Part shown: in pieces, positions 13,281-25,800 of the stretch
How positions within the stretch are numbered: the stretch's first letter is position 1
How the letters are laid out: every line of letters starts with the position of its first letter
Origin: Paraspadella gotoi
Lineage: Eukaryota; Animalia; Chaetognatha
Reading direction: 5' to 3'
Assembly (NCBI GenBank): GCA_051294375.1
Contig: CM119265.1
Location: 11,031,918-11,095,917, forward strand
Length of the DNA: 64,000 bases
Translations under genes and position numbers: made by a program
The notes under the pieces: generated by a model
Seen by the model: the letters and a program-made list of their open reading frames with translations, nothing else
What the model was told of the DNA's origin: nothing
The model's database searches: none

Positions 13281-15064
13281 ACCCGATGTTGTAATAGCAA
13301 AATGATAACATGTACGAATGCGATGCCTAATTTTACGAGATCAATCCTAATTCAAGTTTGTTTTTAGCAGATCCCGACTCTAAAATTCACTTTGTTGGTC
13401 CGTCGGTCCGCCCCCTCAATATTGTCAGGCAATCACTTACATCCATGTCAGAACATCGAATTATGATAAATTATACAAAAAAACTCATGTCCGTCCGTCC
13501 ATCTGTCCGTCCCACCTTAGCAAAAAACTCCAATAACTCGTGATTGGGTGGTTGGATTGTCATGAAATTTTGTGTGGGTAGGAAAGTGTGTGACGAAGCT
13601 TGATATAAAGTTTCGGTGGAAACGTGCAAGTGGAAATGAGTTTAAATGAAAAAAATATGAGTCACATTTACTTGAATCTTTTTACTTATTTTAACCAATA
13701 ATTAATCAGAATTGAATAAATAGATTGAGATGAAATTTTGTGTGCAGGTAGGAAAGTGTGTGAAGAAGCTAGATATAAAGTTTTGACGGAATTGTGCCAG
13801 TGGAAATGAGTTTAAATGGAAAAAACATAAGTCACATTGTATTTATTCTCTTTAGATATTTATTTATCCTGAATAAATGTGTGTTAATATAATTAATTAA
13901 TTTAAAAGAATGATGCAATTACAAAAAAAAATGACTGCAAGTTAAAAGAAGAAGATGCAAGTTAAAAAGATGATATCAAGTTGAAAAAAATCTTGAAAAG
14001 GATCAAGATCGAGGCCGCTTTCGGGCAGTGTAACCAAATATTGATGCGATGTAACCCTAATATGATGCTCGATGAGTAATCAAATGATTGAAGCATGTCG
14101 ATCGTACAAGTAATATTTGATGCCGACGATAGACAAATATGACTGACTTGTGATGAATAATAATGAATTGATGCAGATGAGTAGTCATTCATTGATATGA
14201 TGATAAATCATCTTCATTGTAACGTGATAGATGCATTCATGAGCCGAGGATAGTATTCATCTGACGCGAGGAATCACTTATCCGTAAATAAACAAACAGA
14301 ATGGCGTGTAGAGTCTGAAAAGAGAGAGAGAGAGAAGAATGAGAGAGAGAGAGCAGAGAGAGAGAGAGGGAGCGAGAGAAAAGAGAATGAGGAGAGAGAG
14401 AGGCTGGACAGTTTTCCACGCCAAAACCCGAACGGCAGTATTAGGTCTCTCTGTTTGATAATAAAGAATAATCAGAATTTTTTACGGAAAAAAATCCACG
14501 AAAAATCTCGGAATGTAAAATTTGGGATTGTGTATTGAGAAAAGAAGCGCGGATATAAATGGCGATAATAAAAGTTTTTAGAGGAAAAAACGTGCATGAG
14601 AGAGGATTGAGATGAGGACAGATGTGAGGTGGATAGAGAGAAAAAGTATCGATATAAAAGGCAAATTATCCAACCTCTCTCTTATACAAAAATATACTTA
14701 GTGAAATATACTCAGTTAACGATGATTCTTTATGTACTTATGTTCTTCTGATTCAAATAATAATAATATATCCCGTCATGTTATCGCGTTAATGTAGTCA
14801 TGTTCCTTGACAATTGTTTTACTCGTTGCCTACGAACGGCCTACGAATATCCAGGTAAGAGAAAAAAGCGGAATACAGTTGGCTGTGGATAATGAAAATG
14901 TTTAAAAGGAAAAAATCATAATCAGATAGAGAGAGAGAGAGGTAGAGAGAAAATTTAAAAGAACACCTTTACTATGCCCTCTCTGCTTCCTCCTCTATAT
15001 CACTTTCATCGTTATCCGGATTGTCTCGCAACGGTCTTGGTCGTGATCTCTGGTGCAAGTTATT

Positions 15065-17626
15065 CTAAGTTGTAGTTCATTCGAGAATAGCGATGTGTCG
15101 CCGGCGTATTCAACGCACGAGTCTGCAGCATGTCGGTCTCTTAGATTGGTTGGCGAGTTCGCCCATGCGATGTCGCCAGGGCTTTGGCGCATGTCGCCAG
15201 TCCCCTCCACTGGCGACTCGCCTAGAGTGATAAAAAGTACGCAAATTAATGAGAAACGCAGCGAACTCGAGGGTATATGAGCATCACCTTCAGGCTCCTT
15301 TTCCCAACCCTAACCCTAAACAAACCTCCCGTTCAACTCTGTGCCTTCTCCCTAACCCCACCGCTGCCTGGGCTCGCTCTCGTAGCTATCTCTGCATGCT
15401 CTCAACCCTTAACCCTAACCGCCTTTGATGCTCAACCACGGGCCCCTCCCCCAACTGTAACCCCTAAACCAATGTCGTTCCCATTCAACTCTGTCTGCTC
15501 TCTCCCCATAAACCTAAACCCAGGCTCAGCCTCCCCGTAGACATCTCCGTGCCTCAACCTCTAGACCCTTAACTCGCCTTTCGATGCATCTAACACGGGC
15601 CCCTCCCGCCAACCCTAACCCTAAAGCTATAGCCTTCCCGTTTCAACCTTCATGCTTCTTCCTAACTAACTCAGGCCCAGCTCCCGTACATTCTCCGTGG
15701 CCTCAACCCTAACCCTAACCGCCTTGATGCATCAACCATGGTCCCTCGCGGCAACCATAACCTAAACAAGCTCCCGTTCTCAAGATCATGCCTCTTCCCA
15801 TAACCCTTAACAGGCCCGGACTCCTCTTACATCTTCCGTACCTCAACCCTAACTCTAATGCCTCTCGATATATAACCCACGGCATCTCTCCCAAACCCTT
15901 AACCCCTAATACGGGCCAGCCTCCGTACATCTCCGCTACCTCACACCCTAACCCTAATTGCCCTCACTTCTCGACATATAACCCAGGGCCTCGTCTCCGC
16001 AACCCCATAACCTAGACCGGGCCCAGCCCCTCCTCGTACATCTCTGTCCTCAAACCCTAACCCTCAACCGGGCCCTCTGGTCATCAGACAGACACCCTCC
16101 CTACCCCTATCCCTAAAGATTGACATTAATAATAAGCCTTAAAATAAACATTAATTAACTCAACCCTTAACCCTAAATATCTCAACCCTTAACCCTAAAC
16201 TACTCAACCCTAACCTAAAACTACTCAACCCTACCCTAACTCTACCTAGCTCAACGCTAACCCTAAACTCAACTCACCCTAAGCCCTGAAATTGAGTTTA
16301 TTTGAGGCGAAATCCGCGATAACTAGAACGTAGATGTATCAGTTCAGCAAGTAGCGAAATCGCTCAAATCGGACTTAGCCATTGAACGCCCTCCCATTTG
16401 GCGTTTAGCTGTGAATTACATCATAGCGCGTGTTCATCCGGCGATGTTCGCCTAAATATAAGACTCAATATAGGGTTAGAGTTGTGAGCTGGTTTAGGGT
16501 TAGGGTTGGAGTTAAAGTTAGTAGTATTCAGGGTTAATGTGAGTTGAGTGAGTTTAGTTAGGCGTTGAGTTAGTTGGGTAGGGTTAAGGGTTAGGGTTGA
16601 GTTAAGTAAGTTATTTTCTTAGGCTTAATTATATTATGTCAATTTTAGGGATAAGGGGTAGGGAGGTGTTGGTTATGACCAAGAGGCCCGCGGTTAGGGT
16701 TAAGGGTTGAGGCCACGGAGATTACGGGAGGCTGGGCGCCGCGGTTTAGGGGTTAGTTGGGGAGAGAGGCCCGTGTGTGTTACTATATCGAAGGCAATTA
16801 GGGTTAGGGTCTGAGGTACGAAGATTGTACGGGAGGCGCCTGGGCACCAGTTTAGGGATTGGGTTGAGAAGAGGCCCGTGGGTTTATATATCGAAGGCAG
16901 ATGTAGGGTTAGGGTTTGAGGTACGGGAGATGTACTGGGACGGCCGGGCCTGGTTTTAGGGTAGGGGGAGAGGCATGGAGTTGAACGGTGAGGCTTGGTT
17001 TAGGGGTTAGGAGTTGCGCGAGGAGACCATGGTTGATGCATCAAAGGCGGTTAGGGTTACGGGTTGAGGCACGAGATGGTACGGGAGGCTGGCTCTGATG
17101 TTAGTGAGTTGGGGAGAGGCATGGAGTTGAAACGGGAGGCTTAGTTAGGGTTAGGGTTGGGGGAGTGGGCCCGTGGTTGATGCAATCGACAGGCTGGTCT
17201 AGGGTTAGGTGAGAGCAACCGGAGATGTATATGGGAGGCTGAGCCTGGGTTAGGGTTAGGGGAGAGGCACCGAGTTTGAATGAAGGCTTAGGTTTAGGTT
17301 AGGTTTGGAGGGCAGGGGCCCGTGGTTGATGCATCAGAAGACAGTTAGGGTTAGGGTTGAGGCATGGAAGTGTACCGGAGAGGCCAGGCGCGGGTTAAGG
17401 GTTAGGAGAGGCACGAGGTTGCAACGGCGAGGTTTGGTTTAGGTTAGGGTTGGAAAGGAGCCTGTAGGTGATGCTCATCCCCGTGTTAGCTGCGCTTTTC
17501 ATGTCATATTTCGCATTATCTCTGATTTTATTCATGCGTTAGTGTCGCCGGAAGTGGGGGAGCTGCGGACATTCGCCAAGGATGGCGACATGCGCCAATG
17601 GAAGGTCGCCAACCAACTAGAACTAG
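15065..17626. mobile_element. Foldback-type element: ~1.2-kb inverted arms built of ~120-bp units rich in CCCTAA (left) / TTAGGG (right)
   Basis: The arms are reverse complements (e.g. 15280-15304 vs 17452-17477). Termini are CTAAGTTGTAGTT / AACTAGAACTAG. The flanks rejoin into a repeat seen uninterrupted at ~56660-56710. Confidence 0.7.
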
Positions 17627-20600
17627 TTATATCCACGTAACGTTTCCCATTGTCATCAAAGCCGCGTTTTTAGGTCTGTTACCTTGAACATTGTTACGTT
17701 GCCACTGCCACGGCCACGAAATCACGGTCAAGTAAGTTATTCTTCAATTTCTCAAAAAAATTCCACAAGAAATCTCAGATATTAAATTGTGGGAGATTTG
17801 TATTGAAAAAAAAAGCGCGAATAAATGCCGCGGTGATAAATAAAAGTTGTCTTTAGAAGGAAAAAAAAAAAAATTTTTCAAAAACACGAACGATCACGCA
17901 TAGAGATCGTAAAGAGGAGAAAGAGACAGAAAGAGAGGAGAGAGAGAGAGAGGAAGAGAAAACTGACAGCACGCTGCATAGGCGGAACTCGTTACCTCGT
18001 CGCCAATGACGGTGAAATAAAAAAGGACTAAAAAAAATAATTAGAAAGAATTCAAACAAAAAAAAGAAAGAGATATAATTTAAAGAAATAATAGATGCTG
18101 ACTGAAGACTCTAAAATTATCACTTTTCTCTCTCGTTTTTAAGGACAAAATTTTCCTTTTTCAAAATGAGTTTCATCGAGGACGCCAGAGGTGTATTTCC
18201 GTCGCGCCTAATCGCACGAGGTTTTGTAATAGAAGTTAAATTTCATTCTTAAAAGTTGCTAATAAATCTTTTTTCCAAAATAAAAAGAAAGACAAAAAAA
18301 GTTTACAATTTTACAAATTAAAACATTGTTAAAAATTTTTTCCATTTGAAAGTTGTTGTAAAAGTTATATTTTTATTTGTCAATAATAATATCATCATCA
18401 TCATAGTACTTTAAAATATCACATTGTTCATATTCGATTCAAGTATTTTTAGTGTGAATTTCTAACTTATTATGATTTACTTGTGCATTATGCAAAAATC
18501 TAAATATAGTTTCCACTATCTTATACTAATGTTGATATGCGTATTACTATGATATAATTAGTCATATCTGCAGTAATAATTATAATGAAGTGAAATTCAA
18601 ACAAAAAAATACTTAATCGATATGAATGTTAGGATGATGTTAGAGACGGAGATGAGATGGAGAGAACGTAAAATTTCTGACGTATGAGTTATTCTTCACT
18701 TTTTCATAAAATAAACCGCTCCTCACGAAATCTCTGATGTAAATTTGGGGATAATGGTGATAATAAAAAGTCTCTTTGAAGGAAATAAAAATTTAAAAAC
18801 GAACGATCAACGCAAGAAATCGTAACAGCAGAGAGAGAGAGAGACGAGAGAGACAGGAGAAGCACAGAGAGAGACAGACAGAGAGAACAAAAGCTGGACA
18901 GCTGCGGAGCGGCTGTACATCACTGGCAGAGACTGAATCTCGTTTTTTCTAAAAAAGAAAAAAATATATATATAATTTAAAGCAAATAACAAGAAAGGCA
19001 AAAATATGTTACAATTGTTTATTCAATGATTTCCAATTGTATTCCAATCGCAGCTTGAAAAGATTTTATTGTTTATTTAGTATTAAATAGACTATTAGCT
19101 TCTCATTATAAATATTTTGAGGTGGTTCCCTGGTTTCATTATATTTTTTTAAAAAAATTTTTGAATTTCATCTCAATATGTAGTTATAGCTGCAATAGGT
19201 AAATTAGATTAAAGCATTTTCTATATACTAATTTGGATATTATAAGATCTTTAGTCTATTTGCATATTGCAGTAAATCATTAATGAAGGGAAATTCAAAA
19301 CAAAAATACTTAAAGTCCAAATTAATATTGAAAATTATCACAAGGCTATTTCAAGATGAAAGCCATAGTCTAAATGATTTTAACTTACCTATGAGTCGCT
19401 GGGGTGGCGGGTCACCAACACTTTGTAAAACTTTATCTATAATTCATAATAATTTATATTTCAAAAAAACGGTAAGCTCACAAGCAAACCTATAAATAGC
19501 GTAGTATTTTTTATACAAAAAAGTGTGACGCCGACGCGCGACGAGACGACGTCACAAAGAAGCTGACCCGGCATCAATATCGAGCCTGAACCGGCTTCGC
19601 CGGTCATTGCTCGATAAAAATGACGCGAATTGTAAAAATGATGCAAATTGAAAAAATGATGCGAGTGGAAAAAATGATGCGAGTTAAAAAAAATTTTAAA
19701 AATTGTGATTTATCATCTGATTAGCTGATTACCACTTAATTATCGTAGGCAGATCCGACATTGTTTGCTCAAACTTGTTTTTAATAAAAACGCACTTCCC
19801 ACACACAAAATTTCATTCGAATCCATCCATCCATCCAATCACGGGTAATTGGTGTTTTCTGCTAAGGTGGGACGGACGGACGGAGGGACGGACGGACGGA
19901 TATTTTTTTTTTGCATAATTGATTATAATTTGACGTTCTAACATGATATAAGTGAGTGCCCGACAAGATTGAGGGGGCGGACCGACAAAGTGAATTATAG
20001 AGTCGGGACATGCTGATAAGCAGATCCGACTAAAAAGAGAGAAAAAGAAAGAAAGCCCCTGCAGAGCCCAATGAATCAGCGACTGGGGAAAAGAGAGAGC
20101 TACATATAATTAAAAGAAAAAAGAGAAAGAAAGAGACATAAAAATATAAGTAGAGCAAATTTGTTTGTTTTGATAAAACGTGGACATATCGTATTTAATA
20201 GACGTCCTCACCCAATTTCAAGGACCTCGATGATGATATTCGATGATGAGAAGCTGTATATAAATTTTTAGCTTCATACACCCTAAGTTAATCATCAAAA
20301 AGGCGATCTATAAATTGGAACGCCGACGACGACGCCACTTATGTGCAAAACCACAGCAAAATCGTCGCTAACGCAAAGCGATTGCGACGATAAAAACGTC
20401 ATATGAGCATTAACCTGTAAAAATGTTCATGAGGAAAATAATTTCCCAGGCAGTAAACATAAAGAAGACAACCATCTGAAAACCAAAGAAGTGAAGTGAA
20501 TGAGACAAATTGGGGTTTAAAAATGATTCTAAGAGTCTTTTTCTCTAAAGCTTAATCTAAGTAATAGGATTTCTAAATAGTAAACATACTACATACTAAC

Positions 20601-21321
20601 CATTTCCAAGAGGGATATTTTTCATTTGGATATCTGAAATAAAGCAAAACAGACGGAAGATGACCCAGAACCAACCAGATAAAAAGATCTGGTTCGGCCG
20701 CTTGCCAAGCCGAATGCCCCGCCGATGACGAGAACGATGTTTTTTTGTTTTGTGTTTTCTTTTTTTTTCAGGATCTAGAAATACGTCAACATTTATCACC
20801 ATAGAGACGACAAAATCAAAAACAAAGTCGTGCGCTTGACAAATATTTTTTTTCGATAAATGTAACCGAGTAAGTAAATCAATCAAGTGTCAATTACATT
20901 GCTTGAGTAATCAAAGCCTGATAATTGATAAAATTCCCAGCCAAATGTCAAAAAACGAACGAACAAACAAACAAACAAACAAACGACCGAACGAACGAAC
21001 GTTCGCACGCGCGAAACAAAATTAAAACCTACAGTATGATAGAAAATGAGAATGAAAATGAGAAGGGAAGGGAGAAGAGATCGTCAGAATGGAGACAGAA
21101 TTACGGGGAAAACATCAAAACGGTTTACGTTGCCAAATCTTAGTTTTAATTTCGTCACAAGCCTACTAGACAAAGAAAAGGTCAAAAACCAACTGTTTTG
21201 CCAAGTTTCTGACTGGCCAAAAAGAAAGAAAAACTAGTTAAAAGTTGAAAGGCGACGACGATGAAATTCGGTTTGAAGAAAAGAAAAAGAGGAAAAAAAA
21301 ACAAAACACCCAGAGTATTTA

Positions 21322-22777
21322 TCACGCGTTGGTGGGTGATTTTTCCCTGACTCTCGAACCGGCGGCGCCGGCGGAGGCGGCGCGTGATTCCGCGGCGTCA
21401 AGGAACATCGAAGGGATCTTCTCTCCGAAGAAGATCTTATTGTTGGAGGCGATGGCCTCGAGGCGTTTGAGTTCGAGATACTCTGCCGTCAGCAGGAGTT
21501 TGTTCGACTCCGCCTGCTTCTCGATGGCGTAGAAGTCGGCATCGGCGCGCGCGCGCATGCGTGCTGAAAGGATAAGAGAGATGAAAAGTGAAGACAAGAT
21601 TTGAAAAAATTATTTAATTAAAAAAAATAGACTGCCTCAAGAATATAAAAAAAATGTACACTGCTTCGAACTTGTTTCCGACTTGATTGAGTTAGAATTT
21701 TAACATAGCAGTCTTTTTTTCTTCCCACCTTCACCAAACACGTCCATCACGAAAAGACTTACCCAAGTGAGTCTCGTCCTCGATGAGCGACATCTTCTGC
21801 ATAGATTCTTTTTCGACGATCTTTGCGTCGTATTGAATTCGATTCACTTGCGCCGCCTTCTCCGCCTCGATCACCGCCTTCTTCCGCTCCGTCTCCGCCT
21901 CCTTCTCCACCACCTTGTCAAGTTAAGATTCAAGGGCGTTTGTCAACCGATTGTTTAAAATACAAACAACCCCCTCCGTCTCACTTTCTGCTTTTGTTGT
22001 GCGATCAAAAGCTTCGACTTCTCCGCCTCCATAAGTTCGAAGTTTTTCCTAATGGACTCGGGGATTTTTGGTTTGGTGACGCGAACCGCTTGCACTTGGA
22101 GACCCGGCGCCATTTTCGTCAGGTCTTCTTGCAGAGCCTGCTTCAAATTTTCGTCGATTTTGTCGAATAAATCGATGTAGACTTCTTGCAAACTATCGAG
22201 GAAAAGGGAGAAAAATAATGTTCCTTTTATTAGAAATCTACTATGTAATTAAATTCAATAGGGGCGGGGGTTCAATTAATGCTTTTATTTTTGCATTCAA
22301 AATTACATTATTACTATATATTATGAAATTGGTACAACCAATATAAAAATTATCCATTCATTTAATAAATAAGCTATTTGCCCCTTACTTTGGACAGGCT
22401 TTGGTGGTTTAAGGCCTCCATCACTCTTACAAGATAATGACATAGCAGGTCCCTGCAAGCTTTCAATCAGACTCTCTCACAGTCTCGTTTATTCACTCCC
22501 AGAGTACCAGGCATAATATTTCAAAGAATGTTTTAATAGTTGATGATATAATGATAAAAAAAAATTTTTAATCAATCTTAACTTTTTTTGATGGATTCTG
22601 ATAGAGCACAAAAAGTTAAATGAACAAGTTTGAGCAAACAATGTCGATCTGCCCACGATAATTAAGCGGTAATCAGCTCAATAAATAAAAAATAAATAAA
22701 TAAATACTGTCGTAGAAATAATTACAAATAAAATAAAAATAATTTTCTTCAACTATTATTATTATTATTTTTTCAAC

Positions 22778-22835
<58 letters not shown>

Positions 22836-25800
22836 TTTTCAACTATTATTATTATTATTATTATTATTTTTTCAACTATTATTATTATTATTATTATTAT
22901 TTTTTTTTCAACTATTATTATTATTATTATTTTTTAAACTATTATTATTATTATTATTATTATTTTTTAAACTATTATTATTATTATTATTTTTTTTTTT
23001 TCAACTTGCATCTTTTTTACAACTTGCATCTTTTCAACTTGCATCTTTTTTCAACTTGCATCATTCTTTCAACTTGCATCATTCTTCACCTGCATCATTC
23101 TTTCAACTTGCATCATTCTTTCAACTTGCATCATTCTTTCAACTTGCATCATTCTTTCAACTTGCATCATTCTTTCAACTTGCATCATTCTTTCAACTTG
23201 CATCATTCTTTCAACTTGCCATCATTCTTATCAACTTGCATCATTCTTTTCAACTTGCATCATTCTTTTCAACTTGCATCATTCTTTCAACTTGCATCAT
23301 TCTTTCAACTTGCATCATTCTTTCAACTTGCATCATTCTTTCACGCATCATTTTCATGCATCATTCTTTCAACTTGCATCATTCTTTCAACTTGCATCAT
23401 TCTTTCAACTTGCATCATTCTTTCAACTTGCATCATTCTTTCAACTTGCATCATTCTTTCAACTTGCATCATTCTTTCAACTTGCATCATTCTTTCAACT
23501 TGCATCATTCTTTCAACTTGCATCATTCTTTCAACTTGCATCATTCTTTCAACTTGCATCATTCTTCAAACTTGCATCATTCTTTCAACTTGCATCATTC
23601 TTTCAACTTGCATCATTTCATTGCCTCATCTCAACTTGCATCATTCTTTCAACTTGCATCATTCTTTCAACTTGCATCATTCTTTCAACTTGCATCATTC
23701 TTTCAACTTGCATCATTCTTTCAACTTGCAACAAGCTTTAACTTGCATCATTTTTTCAATATGCATAATTTTTTTATCTTACTTATTAATTAATTAAAAC
23801 ATTCATGAGTAGGCATAAATAATTAAAATTTAAGTCACTTAACTTTGGTTTTTTCCATGCAAACTCATCACGATTCCGACGAAACTTTATATCCTGCTCA
23901 ATCATACTTTTATGGTGGACTAAAATCCACCAACCGTTCATCAGCGGCCATTGGTGCCGGAGGCAAGTCATTCGCCTCCCAACCCAAAGGTCCGGGGTTC
24001 TAGCCCGGTGGTCGTCTGGTCAGTTAAGAGGGACGGGGCGCTTAACCCGCCTGTAACATGGTGCTTACAGCCTGATCCGAAGCTCAGGGACTGCTTACAT
24101 TGAAAGGCTCCACGTACGATCGATGTCCTTTTAGACAACGAAATCTAAACTTTGATAATTACCATCTTTCTTGATCTCATTAGTTAGTATGAAACTTACT
24201 TCATTTAAAAAAACGGTAGTCTCAAGTTATCTCCTTCTTATCACTTAGAACTTCCCAGGTAAATTTCTATGAGTTAAAAACACGGTAAGACATGATTTCT
24301 TCAATGATTGTTTATCTAATCTCATTAACTGCGTAGTTTTAGATATAAGTATGTTCGAATTTTTATGGTATACGATAATTTTTAAAAGAGTCGAATTCCT
24401 CATAAGAATCTTCACGTCTTTTACTTACATAACAGATTTTAGGTAAGACGCCACATTATCTGATACAATTTTTTTTCTTCATAATGCTTTCCCTGATTCT
24501 TTTTCTTCACTTCTTTTCTTCTCTTTCTTTATAATTTCCTCTTCCTCCTTTCCTCCCTTACTGCTCAATCTGTCACTTACCATTTTTCGGCCCCTACCTT
24601 TTTCTGCCACTCATGCACTTTCCTTACCTTTTTTCTCTCCTTCTCTCTTTCCCTTTCTTTCCCCTCTTTTTCTTTCCAATTTTCCCCTCATTTCCTACCT
24701 TTTATTTGTCTCACTATTTTTCCCCCCATTTGTCTATTTTTTTTGCCTTTGGCCCCCTCTTTCATTTTCTTACCTTCTCCTTTTCTTGTTTTCTCTTTCC
24801 TCTCCCTCTCACAACGTTTACATGAGCCATATCAAAGAAAATCTTTAATATTCATTATAAGAAAGGATATTAACGGTAATGGAGGTTTTTAATTCAATTT
24901 TGTTGCCTAGCAAATTAGTAAATCGACAGATTTTGCGGAAAATTTTCCGCAAATCTGTCGATTCTGAGAAAAAACAAGTCCTGAGGCTTTCCATTGGGTT
25001 AAAGGATGCGGTTTTTTTTGTTTTATCAACGTCAGTAAGTACCCCATCTTTTAAAACTAATAAATGAGTTGAAAATATTTTCTTTATCATAAATAAATGC
25101 AAGTCACAAAAGTCACAAATTAAAAGTTGTCTTTAAAAATTATTTGTGGCTAAACGAATAGAGTTTTTTTGATAATTTTGTAGGTGTTAAAAGCTTATTC
25201 TGTGGACTATATTTTCTGTTAGTTTAAGCCAATTTAAAACTATTTTTGTTTAATAAATTATAATAAAAACTAAAACTGCGACTTTTTGACTTGTCAACTT
25301 TAAAATTAATTCATAAGTGAACAATGAATGATATAAGGAAAATATTTTACTCAGGGTGAAGAAGATGAGGAAGAAAGGAATTCCAAAATAAAAAAAATTT
25401 CTCAACTTTCCTTTGGCATTCAAATTTGAAGACGAAAGTGAAAATGGACAAAAATGGACATGATTTTTTTTCCTAAAGTTGCAAAAATGTTACTCTTATA
25501 TGATTAGAAATAGCTGGAGATGGTTTTTAACCATCCGTATTTTGGCCTAATTTATATTATGGTGCAAATTAAATTAATTTTGTTAATAGTAACTGAACAA
25601 TACTGAAAAAAGTAGTTTTTTCTCTGAATGCGAGGATCGTAAGCAGAGGCTGAACGGTTCTGTCATTAACACTTATCAATAATTACTGTCTCTTCATTGG
25701 TGAGCCCGACTTCGAACACAACAGCAACAACACTTTCAGGCGACATGCCTCAACCTGGCGATGCACTTCCGCCATCAACACATCAGGCGACATGCCTCAA

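Noticed and set aside
12824-13311. F/L/S-rich 'membrane protein' ORFs (also 3974, 9686, 24613, 30489)
   Set aside because: They are low-complexity CT/GA tracts within repeats.
15300-17460. Telomere fusion site or true telomere
   Set aside because: The polarity is opposite to a fusion, and the hexamers are dispersed in ~120-bp units rather than forming pure arrays.
23006-23797. Periodic ORFs (NLHHSF, LASFFQ, MMQVER)
   Set aside because: They are translations of an 18-bp minisatellite.
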